DNA of 63,455 nucleotides, counting the filler, from Kipferlia bialata (Eukaryota): assembly GCA_003568945.1 (NCBI GenBank). It is 6 parts of 5 records of this genome, joined end to end, with 100 filler letters (N's around TTAATTAATTAA, not from the genome) between each part and the next. Parts side by side here need not be neighbours in the genome. Positions count along the whole stretch, not along the records: positions 1 to 13,306 come from BDIP01000960.1; 5 more parts are not named here. One strand, given 5' to 3'. Positions 1 through 12,784 of this stretch are shown here, piece after piece. Numbering within the stretch: the first letter of the stretch is position 1; every line of letters begins with the position of its first letter. Under the pieces are notes generated by a model that did not search any database, had not been told where the DNA came from, and was given only the letters and a program-made list of their open reading frames with translations. The position numbers and the translations under genes were made by a program.

Positions 1-290
1 TGAGACGTCTGCCAGTGCGTGCCGCTGATCTGGAGAGGACATCAAATATGTCCTGTGTGTTGGATCCCTTGGGGCCGGTGTAGAGGGTGCCGGAGGTTGT
101 CATGAGAGAGCTTGCCAATTGATTGAGATCTGAATAAAAAATTGGATTGAAAGGGTGTAGTGAGAAATCCTCCTACATGGTGTCAGTCTGACACTGTCAG
201 ATAGCTCTCTGACCCTAAGGTTCGTTACCAATCATGGGGTCGTCTGCAGTATGGCGTTGGTAACGGTGGTCTCTTTCAGCAAGTATCCAG

Positions 291-629
291 ATGACCCCCA
301 AGCCAAGTCACAAGTCAGTCTCAGGAAAGGGTGTCAACGCTGCTGGTACGTGAATCATGGTGGATGTCACATCTATGTGTGGGTGCATCTGTGGAGACGG
401 AACAAGTATATACAGTCACTATTCTCATCCAGGCAACAAGTACACCTCGTACACAGATGGGGGCTATGCATACCAGAACCAGGACGGTGGGAGGTACTAC
501 AACAGCACCACCGGCAACTTCTACACCCCTCCCTCCCAGTCTGGTGGGTCAGGACGGGGGTACTACCAGAGCACCACGCAATCCAGTGGAGGAGAGTGGG
601 CACCGGTGCCTCCCAAGGACAGCAAGTAG
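291..629 (+). CDS. Small Gly/Ser/Tyr-rich hypothetical protein (~83 aa, 2 exons: 291-345, 433-629)
   Basis: GTACGT donor at 346 and CTCATCCAG acceptor ending 432 join in frame: MTPKPSHKSVSGKGVNAAG-NKYTSYTDGGYAYQNQDGGRYYNSTTGNFYTPP...KDSK*. Confidence 0.55.
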
Positions 630-928
630 GGTGGTGGTGTCAGGGTTTGATAGTGTTCACTAGACATCGAGTAACTGTGACAGGGGATAATAGAGATTTG
701 TGAATTGTCACTCGGTTTCATGGGTATTTCAGCCAGTCCTGGTCGGCATCAGGTTGTTCTATTGAAGGGGTTCTCTATATATGTTACTGGTACGGGAATA
801 TTGTTGCTATATACTATCTGAAGTTGTAGTGATAAGCTCTACCGATGTATTCAATTGTCTTCCCGATACAATATCTTTGACGTCACTACTAGTCACTGAC
901 TAGTAACCTCCAAGGATGAGGCCTCTAC

Positions 929-1970
929 TCAGGGTGACATGCCTTCCGTCTCATCTGTGTCATCCGGCTGTATGATCCCCGTATCATCACTCTCAACAAC
1001 AGACCCTTCAACGGTGACTGGTGGACTCTCAGTCTCTCTTCGTAGATGGACAGGTAGGTCTCTCATTGACATTCGCAATGTGTCCACTTCCTGGCGTCTC
1101 GTGTGTCGCTGATACTCCGTAGCATATGTCTCATCTGCACCTAGAGCCGTAATATCCCCCTCACTTCCGATATGTCTGGGTCTCAGAGGAACACGGGGGT
1201 CTTCTTCGGCCATCTCAACCATGGAGTGACGCCGTATCTCTCTCAGGTCTCCAAAAGAGGAGGCTTGCTCCATGTCTGGCAGTAGTGTTGGGGCATCACC
1301 AGGGCTCTGTCTTGATCTATAACCAACGTGTGGCTCATACCCTCTGTACACACTGTGTCCAGACGGACTTCGATGCACTCTGACCCTGGAGGTAATCATC
1401 TGTCTGAGAGTGAGCAAGGGATCGAGAAGGCCTGGACGTCTTAAGTAAGGTTCAATGTACATTGGGTCGAGTATCTACGCGGTTGGTCATGGACTAAGAA
1501 TCTTGCACCCATTACTATTGTGTGTCACGTGTCACTACTACCTGATATATATGTCAATACACCATTCGATTAATCACGTCTTGTACAACTAGCCTTGTGG
1601 AACCTCATCATACTATAATAGTCATACCTCTCACGTTCCGGCAGGAGAGAATGGCGACGGAACCTCTCTCTGGAATGAATGACTATCGAAATATATGAAA
1701 GAATTGAGGGATCTTCAGTAATGTGCTGTCACACCTCGACGCCACAGGGTTGTGTTGGTCAGCACTCGATGCCACAGTCATATTGACTGCATGCTGTCCC
1801 GCCCCTCTCTCCCTCCCTGTCCCATCCCCCCTGGTTTGTCTGGCCGCTCTGGTCTCAGACACCACCGCCAGGCCCTCCGCACTGTGTGGCAGTCCATGCA
1901 CAGAGTGTCGCCTGTGGGCTTCAATGTCCCTGGCGATGCGCATTCTTTCGGCCCTGAGAGCAACTGGTGT
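929..1970 (-). CDS. Multi-exon hypothetical protein (5' end unresolved)
   Basis: Long terminal ORF 929-1462 with acidic tail; an upstream exon after a CTCACACCAG acceptor lies in the 1683-1943 ORF frame. No family recognised. Confidence 0.35.
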
Positions 1971-2512
1971 GAGTGAGGTCGCCCTGATAGTGCAGTATTG
2001 TCACAAAGCTGTGTTGTTTGATACCCAAACTTGTATCCGATTGCGATATCGAGTGGTAATAGGTGTGTGTAACTGCGGACTCACATGGTTCCATCGGAAT
2101 GTACCCCACTCCATATCTGACATAGCTGCTATTGGGACCCATGTGACACACTGTATATGGCACCGGACAAGCGCCCAGGTAGTATTTAGTAGGTCCGCCC
2201 AATGTATTGAGACACACTCAGTGGCACCGATGTCTTGAAGGACGTAGATAGTATAGTCGGAGAGATACTATCTTTGACTCATCAAAAGATACCCTCCTGC
2301 CACTGAGTTACCCAGTGACACGTGTCATACCCTAGACGAAGGGACACTCATCACAGCGTTCTTCTATATAGGTTCTCTAAACATAGACACTGCATCTCTT
2401 GCTACTTGTTTGGCAACATCCTCCAGCGTCTATTGGGACAAGACCATTTATACAGGCAGATAGAAGATGCTATCTAAATAGCTATCGAGTAAGTACTGTA
2501 GCTACCACTCCC

Positions 2513-4164
2513 TCAGTCCTCTCTGTCCGACTGCACCTGAAGCACACACACTGAGCTTCTGGCCGTCTTGGCCTGCACAGCCAGGGATAGTACATGCCGC
2601 ACCAGGGTCCTGCCACTGTCTGGACAGGCAGCCAGGGCAGTGCGCATGGCTGCCTCTATGCAGTTGTAGACACTCTCGGACCGCTGCTGCACGTCGAAGA
2701 AGAGGAATAGGGTGCCAGGCTTAGCTATGGAAACCAGGTCCCTATAGTAGGCATACCCCCCTGCCTCCGCAGCCCTGGACGTCTCGTGGCACACATAGGA
2801 GAACAGATGGAGGTCAGCGGTGGACAGAACCCCATTGACACCAGCTAGACCCGTGTTGAGGGGGCGGGGCCGGTACACGTATGGGGCGTCAGGGTCGAGG
2901 CTCTCCTCATCGGGTAGTGCCAGAAGGGGCTGGGTGACGTCACATCTGCCGAAGCCTAGGGTGCAGTTGAGGGGTGCGTACAGTGTCTGGAGGGCACCCA
3001 GGTATGACCTCCAGGTAGCCTCATAGTCCAGCAGGTGGAGGCGTAGCATGGGCTGGGGGGTGGAACCCACCAGAACTACTGACTTGGGGACAGCCCTGCC
3101 GCTGTCTATGGTGGATGTACTATCCATAGTGGGTACCGGAGCACCCCCATACCCAAACAGTTCCCTAGAGGCAGCGACGACTCCTGTCACATCGGTCCCA
3201 GGACCTGGAATAAATAGGCACACAGAATTATACATTAGAACACTATAGATACACTCACAGCAGGTACATACCTCCACCGTGACTGACAATCTGGAGGTCA
3301 CTGCAGTTACCCTGACTGAGACGGGCCTCAAGTGACAGACAAGCTACAACGGCAGTCCTCAAGGGCGAGGGACCACCCCACACTGCAGCAAAGAACCCGT
3401 GGACCAGGGCTGCCCTCCTCTGGAACAGTCTGAGGAGGTAGTCCTGCTGGAAGTCCCTCCCGGCAAAGGAGACCCCGTGCACGTCAGAGGAGGTAGACAG
3501 GAGAGCGGCACGCTCACGGGCCTGAATATGAGGACAGAGGCGGATATGTTACGTGCATACCATTACGCGTAAGAGTCAAGTACACACATATACATGAATG
3601 TCTATGTGCATAACTCATAGAGTACGACGTACCATATCCACACAGATACATACATATAACAGACGCAAGTACCTCTTTCCGCCTGGAGGGCGTGGCTGCG
3701 GGGGCCTTCTTAGAGGCAGCCTGCAGCAGACCCTCGCGGCACTCAGATATGAACTCAGCTGCAGAGAACTCTGGCGTACTCTGAGGGGATGCAGGGATAC
3801 TCACACATACAGGGGCCTCCCTCAGTGGTGTCGATGGCTTTGGATCCTTCCAGCCAGGGTGTTCAGAGGATAGGTGGGCCTGGGGTAAGGTGGTGTTTAG
3901 GAGGGAATGACAGCAATGGTACAAGGAGAAATGCGGGTATCCAACCGATAGAGGGTATCAAAAGGTACATAATGTCAGTGCACTAACCTATCTTCTTATA
4001 GTATGAAAATCCTCAGCCCAGTCTACCTCCATAACAGTAAGCTCTCTGCATAAGTGGGTTGGCTTGTCAGAGCCACCACACAACAGACACTGCGCCATAG
4101 GGTGGTCACCGACAATGACCCTCTTGAAGTGAACCCATACAAGACTCCGGGGCTTCCGTGGCAT
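2513..4164 (-). CDS. BED zinc finger fused to a putative class I SAM-dependent methyltransferase domain (4 exons: 4164-4027, 3879-3673, 3521-3272, 3204-2513; ~428 aa)
   Basis: All three GT-AG introns keep frame. N-terminus MPRKPRSLVWVHFKRV..AQCLLCG..ME|AHLSSEHP matches BED finger spacing (VWxHF, CxxC, HL..H). IVSHGG|GPGTD resembles SAM-binding motif I, followed by HLLDYE, CDVTQ and ADLHLFSYVCHE. Confidence 0.65.
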
Positions 4165-4523
4165 GGTAGGTCTGCGACAGTCACCGGGGGCACCAGAGAT
4201 ACGCCAATGGCAGCCACATCTGAGTTACTCAGAATCATCAAATACATTGTTTTTCAGTTTTGTTTACCTGGACCCTTTGAGTCAGACTGTATAGTCAAAG
4301 AGCTGTGCGTCCCATAGGCCCAGGAGGCTGGAACAAGGCAGCCAGGCTAACGGGGCATCCTTGTGAGCTGTACCCGAAAGAATAGAAAGCAGCTAGCGTG
4401 CTGTTTCTTCACAGCAATCTGCCAGTGTCACTATATAGAGACCACTATCAGACTTATTGACTTTGTCACCGAAGGGTGTAGGCCAACGGAACGGGCTCCT
4501 CTTCTTATGGAGAGCGCCTGCCT

Positions 4524-5805
4524 ATGAGTGAGGAGGGGGTGGAGTATGTCGTTGGCATAGATGAGGCTGGCAGAGGGCCCGTCATTGGTCCAATGGTATA
4601 TGGCATAGGGTATGTGCAGACATGGGTCATCGTCTTGATGACACTCTCAGATTCCTCCACCTTCCCCTCTTTGGTGTGGAGCAGCACCTTTCCTAGTTAC
4701 CCCTACCTTGTAAGGGTTGGTCTATGGTCTCCCAAGGGATCACATTCAGTGTGTTTCAGTCTCTATATGCTTAGACATTTCATGCCCTGCCGCTCATTCC
4801 AGATGGTGCCGGTCAGACATCACTGAGAGGGGAGAGCTCAAGAAGGCAGGGTTTGTAGGTGGGCCATTGTCTCTCTGACACCCCCCCCCCCGCTCTCACT
4901 AATATCAATTTGAATTTCACTCCTGTCTCTCACCTTCTCAGACAGTAAGACCCTCACTGCCGCCAAACGGACTGTGCTCAGGGATAGGATGGACAAGTTC
5001 GACAACCTACACTACAAGACCCGTGTTCTGTCTGCCAAGGAGCTGTCCAGACGGATGATGGCTGTCACCAGAGACTCTCTCAACGCCATCAGCCACCAGG
5101 CAGCGGTGGAGCTGATGCACCATGTGGTCCAGTGGTGCAACGAGAGGAAGGCCAGGATCAAAGCAGTATACGTAGATCAGGTATATATACGTGGATCAGG
5201 TATATATACGTAGATCAGGTATATATACGTAGATCAGGTATATATACGNNNNNNNNNNNNATACGTAGATCAGGTATATATACGTAGATCAGGTATATAT
5301 ACGTAGATCAGGTATCCCCTTTCACCTTCCTCGACACTGTTCCCTGTCTCTCTCTCTGTGTGTATGCGTTGTTTATCTCTAGGTAGGGCCTGTTGGGCAG
5401 TACAAGGGCCTGCTCGAGAGGGAGTTCCCCGGCATCACCTTTGTGGTGGAGGCCAAGGCCGACTTCAAGTATAACATTGTGGGAGCTGCGTCCATAGCCG
5501 CCAAGGTGCATCGGGACCACCTGATCGAGGCCCCTGTGCTCAGTGAGCAGGAGAGGGGGTGGGGCGGCACCACCAGCTGGGGCAGTGGGTACCCGGCAGA
5601 CCCTCTGTGCAAGGCGTGGCTGGCAGACCACTGCGACCCTGTGTTTGGGTACCCAGAGTGTGTCAGGTTCAGCTGGAAGACAGTCGACACGGCCCTCGAA
5701 GCCAATGAGGCGGCAGAGGTACAGTATGCACCCCAGAGAGAGAGGGTGGGAAATGATAGGGGGTATCTCAGCACATGTGGGTTGTCGCATTCATCAGGGA
5801 TATAG
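4524..5805 (+). CDS. RNASEH2A: Ribonuclease H2 catalytic subunit A (exons ~4524-4609, ~4803-4858, 4942-5180, 5383-5805)
   Basis: Motifs GIDEAGRGPVIGPMVYG, DSKTL, SLNAISH, VYVD, KAD..Y.IVGAASIAAKVHRD, WGSGYPADP, PVFGYP..VRFSWKT. Confidence 0.95.
5168..5313 (+). repeat. 19-bp tandem repeat (GTATATATACGTAGATCAG)n built from the RNase H2A exon end plus donor; contains a 12-N gap
   Basis: About 7 visible units starting at the exon 3' end. Confidence 0.9.
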
Positions 5806-6055
5806 AATAGAGACACATATTATCGTAAGCGGTGTTATGCACTGAACTAGATATATGGTATTCAGTGTGCAAGAAACCGAGTGGCGCTGTATCTATTCCA
5901 GACAGGCCAGAGACAGAGACGAGACTCTGACATATGCAATGTACGTATTAACGAATAAATGGGGGAGTCTCCCAAAAAGGAACACGGAGACCATACAAGC
6001 AGACATGAAATCCACGGGCACTATACAGGGCGCTATACATATGCATACATATAGG

Positions 6056-9000
6056 TCATGTCACGTTTCTGAGCTGGATCCGGGCCAGGACGTTCATGCT
6101 CTGCAGCTCCTGCAGCATGAGCTTTGCGGCATAGGGCAGCCGGATGGGCATGACGCCCTTGCTGGTCTTGCAGGTCTGGCACCAGTTCCTGGAGGCCAGC
6201 ATACCGCACCCCTCGCACACCTGGGCGATGAAGACATCGCTGGAGAGCATGAGCCTCTCCTGCATGAGACAGGCAGTGCCATAGGCCAGCAGACAGTCTC
6301 TCTCCATCTCTCCCATCCTCAGGCCTCCCTTGTTGGACCTGCCCTCTGTGGGCTGTCTGGTCAGGGTGGCCCTGGGACCCCTGGCCCTGGAGTGCAGCTT
6401 GTCCTGCACCATATGCTTCAGCCTCTGGTAGTAGATGGGGCCGAAGAAGATGTAGGCACGGGTCGGCTCCCCAGTGATACCGGAGTACAGCAGGTCCTTG
6501 CCAGTGTAGTTGAACCCGGCCTTGACCAGCGTCTCCCCAATCGCCGTGTGGGTGTCACCACCGAACACAGTGGCGTCGCCCTGCCTTCCTGCAAAGGCAC
6601 CGGCCTTACCACCGACACACTCCAGCATCTTTCCCACCGTCATACGGGAGGGGAATCCGTGAGGGTTCATAATGAGGTCGGGACACACTCCGTTCTGGCT
6701 GAAAGGCATGTCGGACTGCTTCACAATCAGCCCCACCACTCCCTTCTGTCCGTGTCTGCTGGAGAACTTGTCACCCAGCTCAGGGATCCGGAGCATGCGT
6801 GTGTTGACCTTGACCAGCAGCTCTCCCTTGTCGTTGGATGTCAGGAGCACCTTGTCGACGGTGCCCGGGACAGAGGCCTTCCAGCAGATGGGGGAGGGCG
6901 AGTATGCCGAGGCCGAGGCAGAGGGCACCTGTCTGTTGATGAGGACATCGTCTGTCTGCACCGTTGCCCCCACCTTGGGCAGCCCGTCTGCCTCGACCGT
7001 CTGGTACTGCCGCTGGTTGGGTGGCAGGGACGTCTGGCCGGGCTCCGGCTTGGGGGGGCCAGACAGCCTGTCCTGGGAGCCGTTGAGCTGGGTGCGCATG
7101 GGAGCGCTGCTCTTCTTGTACACAATGCACCTGCCGTACCCCCTGTCGACTGATGCCTTGTTCATCACAATGGCATCCTCGATATCGTATCCACTGGGGT
7201 GAGAGTAAGCATAGAAGGTAGAGACAGAGAGGGATAGTGGGGAGAGAGAGTAGGAAGGGACCCCACCTGAATGACATGACGGCCACGCTGCTGTTCTGAC
7301 CAGCAGGGACCTCGTTATAGGCCATGAGGCTGATGGTCTTGGTGTGCATAAGGGGCTTCTGGGGGTATACCAGGAGGTTGAGCTGGGTGTCAAACCTCTC
7401 GTACTGGTTGTAGGCAATGGCCCCGATGGCCTGCTTGCCCATAGCGCACTGGTACGTGTTTCTGGGGGACTGGTTGTGGTGGGGGTAGGGAATCAGACCG
7501 GCACAGCACCCCAGGGCAGTCAGGGGGTCTATCTCCAGATGGGTGGTCTTGGGCCCCACCTGGTGGGACCTCATGGCAACCAGGGCGCCGTTCTCCTCAT
7601 TAACATCCAGGTACTCCACCACACCATTAGCCATCAGGTCGTCCCAACTCTTGTACCCAGCCACGACATCATCAAGCATCTTCAGGGTCAGCCTGGACGC
7701 CCCGTTCTCACAGATGATGAGGGGGCGACAGGTGCGGCCCTGGTCGGTGGCAATGTACACGCACCGGTGCTGCTCGTTGACAAAGGCCGAGGTGTGCCTG
7801 TCGAGGTGCCCCTTGCGCCTGGCCAGCCTTACTGCCCTCAGGAGCTGCTGGGGGTGGCAGTGCACACCCACAATGTCTCCATTGACAAAGACAGTGTAGT
7901 TCATAGCAATGTCATCTCCAGACAGGGTGCTGATGTCCTCGGTACCCAGAGACTGGGGGTCAGGGAGAGCGAGAGAGAGCATCATAAAGGAAGGAGGTGG
8001 AGTCAGACACTCATAGAACATATAGGCACCCACGTACATAGCAGAGCTTGATGACTGGGGTCTTGTCGCTGTATGTGGAGACAGCACAGAGCAGGGCGAG
8101 GTTCTTGACCAGCCCACAGCTCTCTCCCTCTGGGGTGTCTGCCGGACACAGCATGCCCCACTGGGAGGCCTGGGAGGGAGGGGGAGGGGAGGGGGGAGAG
8201 AACATAAGAGGGATAGGACCCATACACACACTGCCTCTGGTAGTATGCACCCACCTGCAGGGACCTTGGGCCTGCCACCTTCATGCCCTTGGCAAAGGAG
8301 GACGTGATCCTGGTCATCATGCCCAGGGCACTGATGTAGGAGAGCCGCAGCACGGTGTCTGTGATGCCGGCCCTGTCTGTCTTGAGACGCTTGATGACCC
8401 AGTTGCCGCTGGATATGGCGTGGATGAACCCCTGGGTCACAATGTCAGGCCGCAACGACTGGGAGGGGTCGAACTGCTGGGCACGGTTGGCCTGGCGTAA
8501 AGGGGGTGGGGGGGGGCACAGATACAAGCACCAAATATGGCACTATGGTGTCTACCAACACTAGCTGTTTGCCTCAAAATAATTATACCTTGGACAGTGC
8601 GGCGTTTGCAGCCTTGGACAGATCCACACACAGTCTGTGGAAGAGATCCTCAAACAGCATGCCCAGAAGGTCTCCTGCAAGCTCCAGCCTGGGGGTGGGA
8701 GAGGCAGTAACAAGCACATGAAGACAGGGTAAATATAGGCACACACACCAGCAATAATACTAAATAGGAGCGGATGAAGGAGGAATGTCAGGCTCTGTGT
8801 GGTACCTCTTGTTTCCGTAGTAGTCCTTGTCGTCTCTGGCCAGCTTGCCCAGAGAGGCACGCACCAGACGACGCAGCATGGTGCAGATGTAGACAACCTG
8901 GCGTCAGCCAAATGTGTATGTGTGTAATAGTAGTATACTTAAAGAGCACCTTTCCTTTCCATACATCCCCCCATTGTGTCCAGCCATCAGTATCATTCTA

Positions 9001-10466
9001 CATTCATGCCACATACCTTTGGTCTGAAGTCCACTGTGAATGTACCGTCCACTATGGTGCGTGTCTCAATGTGGTTGAAAATGACTGAGATCAGGCACTC
9101 CCTGGCCTGGTCGAGGTTGGACCGCCTCTTCTGTCCCATCCTGGGCCGGAACTGGCATCAGGGCAAGAGAGAGAGAGAGGTGTATGCATCAGACTGAGGG
9201 AGACTGGCACAGAGACACGGATACACGGGTCTTCTACCGCCCTTGTATACAAATCATACACACCTTGCTGTGTAGGAATATGAGGGCCTGCATAGTGGAG
9301 TGGATACCCAGCCTGGGGGTCAGAGGCAGTATATGTACAGAGAACGAGGCGCACGCACTCACGGTACCGTATACTCAGTGAAAGAAGGATAATACTATTA
9401 TCATAATAGAGCACAGAAGAGAGAGAGGGGGCAGTCTCCGATACCTTGTGATCTCCTCCAGAGAGGCAGCCAGGGCATCGGCGTAGATGGGGTCAGACCC
9501 CACTAGCGACACGATCTCCTGGTCGCTGGTGATGCCCATACCCTTGAGCACCACAAAGAGGGGGATGTCCTCGATGAAGGTGTTGTGCCGCAGATAGAAC
9601 TTGTTGTCCCTCAGCACCAGGGACGACCGGGACGACATCCTCTCATCGGTGCTGGACACCACTGTAGCCATGTGGCACCCCTTCTGGTCCTTGTCCACAA
9701 TGATCCTGAGGGGTGGGGAGAGAGAGAGAGAGAGAGTGATTATCTTGTCAATCAGGAGACACAATCTATACAAACGAACCAAAGAGAGAGATTTGAGTCA
9801 ATGGACGGGCGGTGGTATAGCATATAAGGCCAGTCCTCGCCCCCAGTATACACACACATCCCCACCTGTTCATAGACATCTGCTCCTGCATCAGAATGAC
9901 CTTCTCGGCCCCCCTCACCACAAAGTATCCACCTGGGTCAAGGGGACACTCCCTCAGCCTAGCCATATCGTCTGGGGCCTTGCCATGCAGGCAGCAGGCG
10001 CGAGACCGAAGCATCACAGGGAGCCGTCCGATACATACAGAGTGCTTAGTCTGCGCTATCTTGTTCTGAGTGTACACAATCTGAGCAAAGATGGGGGCAC
10101 TGTAGGTGAGGTCACGCAGCCGGCACTCAAAGGGGGTCACTGGACGCTGTACAAGGTCCTCCTCCACAGTTGGCTTCCCGACCCACCTGAAGATGAGAGG
10201 ACCTGTGATACATTAAGAACAGCATACTAATCAGAACCATATCAATACATTGACAACACGTACACATGGCGAAACTCTAGGAAGAAGCCAGAATCGGCAT
10301 CACAGGTCACTCTCTTGTTTGCCTGAACGATCTTGTTGAGTTTGTGGGCGACAAAGTGGTCATAGCTATCTACGTGTTGCTTTACAAGGCCAAATGATCG
10401 GAAGAATGAAGGCAGAAGCCTCCACTTGTCATCCTCGAGCGACAAGGGCCCTTTGGGTTCTTCCAT
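6056..10466 (-). CDS. POLR3B: DNA-directed RNA polymerase III second-largest subunit (RPC2), multi-exon
   Basis: Pol III-type N-terminus [104 protein letters not shown]-terminus [15 protein letters not shown]. Confidence 0.95.
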
Positions 10467-10917
10467 CCTGTCTCTAAGGTGTGGACTAGGCCTATATCCA
10501 CAGTCACAGAGAAAGAGGAAGGATCGACTTGTGATGATTCACTACTACGTCTAGACCCTTCACATCCGTGCCATGTTTCCCCTGGGCCAGGGGCCCTGGC
10601 TTTGAGTCAAGGGCCTGTCAGAGGCACTACACTGCACGATACCTGTAACACTTACTCTCAGAGGTTCTGTTTCACTCAAGATATCATATCTTACTCACAC
10701 AGAGACACAACCATAAATTGCATCACACATATGTCACAAAAGCAAGATGACCAGATGAACACGCAAACTCTATTCTTTGGCTGAATCAGCTCCATACAAC
10801 ACACACACACACACATACACAACAATGCGTCGGAAAGGACGCCAAGGAGACCAAGTGATGGTCCTCTCTCTAAAACTACATAATGATACACCTCTCTCTC
10901 TGACACTCTGAAATGCC

Positions 10918-11814
10918 CTACTCAATGCAAATGTGAGTATCGTCAAGGTTGGCAGAGTTGCTGCCCATGCCAAAGTTCATGAGGCAGCACTGGCTGAGCT
11001 CGTAGAGGGCCAGGGCCCCGTCCTCCAGCCTGTCCTCCAGGCTCTTGGTGGTCTCAGGCAGGGAGTGGTACTTGGGCTCGCCGTACCCAGACCGACAGGG
11101 CTTGAGGTCGAGGTCCTCAGCCACAGCGTCGAAGGGGGGAAGCTTGGACGATGTCTCATCAACGTGGTACCTGTCCCAGGCGTCCCTGCCGGCAGAAGGG
11201 GGGGTGCTGGGGTGCTGGTCGTTGAGGACGATACGGGCACTCAGCAGGGACCGGGCAGACATGAGAGGAGAGGCAGACCGACGGGCCTTGGGACTGTGAC
11301 GGGCCTTGGACACACGAGTGGCGACGGGGGAGCGGTTACCCTTGGAAGCAGAATACATCCGGCTCTTGGGTCTGCGACCGAGCATGAAGTCACAGGTCTT
11401 GGGCAGGTCACTGTCTAGGAGAGTCCGGTCCCCGAGTCTTCCCATCTTCCTAATCTTCTCGCGCACCTTCTGGAGACGAGAGGACACATGAGTTCTGGTC
11501 AGGAGGGGCCAGTGAATCTTCATATCCGCGAGAATGGCGGCGGGGCTGACTTGTTGAAGGCCTTTGACCTGTATGATGGCGAATAAGGCCACATTCATGT
11601 CCTTTGACCAGTGAAGCCTAGCGTGAGATAGCTGAAAGCCTATTGCGAATCAAATGCATCTCAGAGGCAAGCAAACAAACCGAAAACAAACCACACCGAG
11701 AGAACACTCGATCATCGACGAAACAAGGTAATTTCCACGAAGGACTACATGCAATAGTAAAAGAACTTACCTCCTCTGCTCAGTAACACCAGACTCGGAT
11801 GCGTTCTGGTCCAT
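10918..11814 (-). CDS. GARP/G2-like Myb transcription factor (exons 11814-11771, 11617-10918)
   Basis: Spliced product MDQNASESGVTEQRR|LHWSKDMNVALFAIIQVKGLQQVSPAAILADMKIHWPLLTRTHVSSRLQKVR matches the GARP B-motif R..W......F..A...LG...A.PK.IL..M....LTR..V.SHLQKYR. Confidence 0.8.
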
Positions 11815-12784
11815 TTGTCGCTTGTAAGAAGATCACGATATGGAGCGGTTTCACTGATAGTCATACTTCCTAGCCCCCTAATAGGCGGTGTTTCACCACT
11901 TTCACCACCTCGCGCGTTTCGTGATTAATTGAAGCTATTATTGCAGGGAGGGACACACTCACAGTAACACTGGGTCTTCATTGGGTATACAACTTATGGA
12001 TGAGGGACTGGTGTGTGCACTATCCTCCATTTCAATTACTCAAATTACTAGAGTCGAGACGCGACCGTTGGGAAACCTCCTGAGTATCCATAAATCTAAA
12101 CCCTCAAACCTCAGCCGTCGTGGCCAAGATGACGTCTCGACTCTGTGCTAATTGTGCTAAAAACGCAGCTTTCTAGTGTTAAAACTGAGCATAATCCAGA
12201 AAGTTAAGTGCTATAGATCTATAAGCTTAAGTTCGTCATTTCGATACAGTGATCTTGCCCCCATGTCCTTTTGAGAGACCTCCAGCGGATGGAGATGTGT
12301 ATTATATATAACAGTCACTTGGACTAATGAATACCAAATAGATTAGGAAGAGATATAACTTCAGTATCTGCAAAGTTACAAAGTACTACGGCTACTAGGC
12401 CTTGTAATACTTACACCCACGCGCACAATGGAATTCATTCTGAGATATACCGCCATATATCACACATACTACGGCTGCCACCACGAAAAGCTTGATATGA
12501 TGCCTGGATATGGTTCCAATCTTCCATATCCGTTATGATACCATTCTGGCATGTTGAGCACAATGAGAACCCTAGATCTAGTCTAAGACTCAGGTCGAGC
12601 TGGTCATGCCGCAAAGCTGACACTGGTTGGGTACACAGACATGTTTCCTTGAAGACGGATACACCCGTCCTGTACTCAGAGTCAGTATGACCAGTAGCAA
12701 ATGACTAAGTGCCGTCTGAAGATGACTGGGACAGGAGTCTTGGTCCAATAGTGGGTACGACAGAGCCTCGATGAGAGTCAAGGC

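Noticed and set aside
5720..5737. Possible 18-nt in-frame micro-intron (GTACAG...CCCCAG) in RNase H2A
   Set aside because: Reads through without a stop and is far shorter than other introns here; cannot be decided without RNA data.
5855..8051. Long plus-strand ORFs (432 aa, 235 aa) overlapping RPC2
   Set aside because: Antisense shadows of a GC3-rich conserved coding sequence; no recognisable motifs.
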